64,000 bases of DNA from Macrostomum lignano (lineage: Eukaryota), in contig NIVC01000494.1 of NCBI GenBank assembly GCA_002269645.1, positions 62,001 to 126,000 on the forward strand. Direction: 5' to 3'. Positions 63,345 through 64,000 of this stretch are shown here, piece after piece (position 1 is the first letter of the stretch; every line of letters begins with the position of its first letter). The notes beneath the pieces are model-generated. The model saw only the letters and a program-made list of their open reading frames with translations, had not been told where the DNA came from and did no database searches. The translations under genes and the position numbers were made by a program.

Positions 63345-64000
63345 ACACAATAGTGAGGACACACTAGAGTAGAAACACTAGAGAGGACACAAAAGAGAGG
63401 ACAAACTAGAGAGGACAAACTAGAGCAGACACACTAGAGAGGACACACTAGAGAGGACACACTAGAGAGGACACACTAGAGAGGACACACTAGAGAGGAC
63501 ACACTAGAGCGGACACACTAGAGAGGACACACTAGAGAGGACACACTAGAGAGGACACACTAGAGAGGACACGCTAGAGAGGACACACTAGAGAGGACAC
63601 ACTAGAGAGGACACACTAGAGAGGACACACTAGAGCGGACACACTAGAGAGGACACACTAGAGAGGACACACTAGAGAGGACACGCTAGAGAGGACACAC
63701 TAGAGAGGACACACTAGAGAGGACACGCTAGAGAGGACACACTAGAGTGGACACACTAGAGAGGACACACTAGAGTAGACACACTAGAGATGACACAAAA
63801 GAGAGGACAAACTAGAGAGGACAAACTAGAGCAGACACACTAGAGAGGACACACTAGAGAGGACACACTAGAGCGGACACACTAGAGAGGACACACTAGA
63901 AAGGACACACTAGAGAGAACACACTAGAGAGGACACACTAGAAATGACACACTAGAGCGGACACACTAGAGAGGACACAAAAGAGAGGACACACTAGAGC
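63345..64000. repeat. 14-bp minisatellite (GAGGACACACTAGA)n, running off the window end
   Basis: About 45 units, immediately upstream of the neuropeptide gene's first coding exon. Confidence 0.97.

Noticed and set aside
63162-63362. Track ORF MSSLLCPLY...AEPSP as the real product
   Set aside because: It starts in the 14-bp satellite. The overlapping frame from ATG 63244 encodes a clear signal peptide in the correct splice phase.

Overview
Eukaryotic (metazoan) genomic DNA with GT-AG introns. By my rough sum about 35-40% of the window is short tandem arrays. The mix of intron style, minisatellite density and CORE-SINEs suggests a free-living flatworm such as Macrostomum, but that is inference. 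Four spliced protein-coding genes can be rebuilt by hand with consistent splice phases. (1) Numb, + strand, 7296-13746, 7 exons, with two single-base frame breaks that look like homopolymer deletions. (2) An orphan class A GPCR, + strand, 32528-34921, 2 exons, with very long ICL3 and ECL3 loops. (3) An ERG/KCNH2-type K+ channel, - strand, 47436-37946, 10 coding exons, with no PAS domain visible and substitutions at hERG S620 and Y652 equivalents. (4) A neuropeptide precursor, - strand, 63244-61746, 2 exons, which the ORF track misses: its coding region looks like a 24-bp minisatellite but encodes 12 copies of RH(S/G)F(L/M/I)-amide. The rest comprises three tRNA-headed CORE-SINE copies, decayed LINE fragments, a MITE-like inverted repeat and about 30 distinct micro/minisatellite arrays. 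Most long ORFs in the supplied track are repeat artefacts. There is no CRISPR, rRNA or intact tRNA gene.
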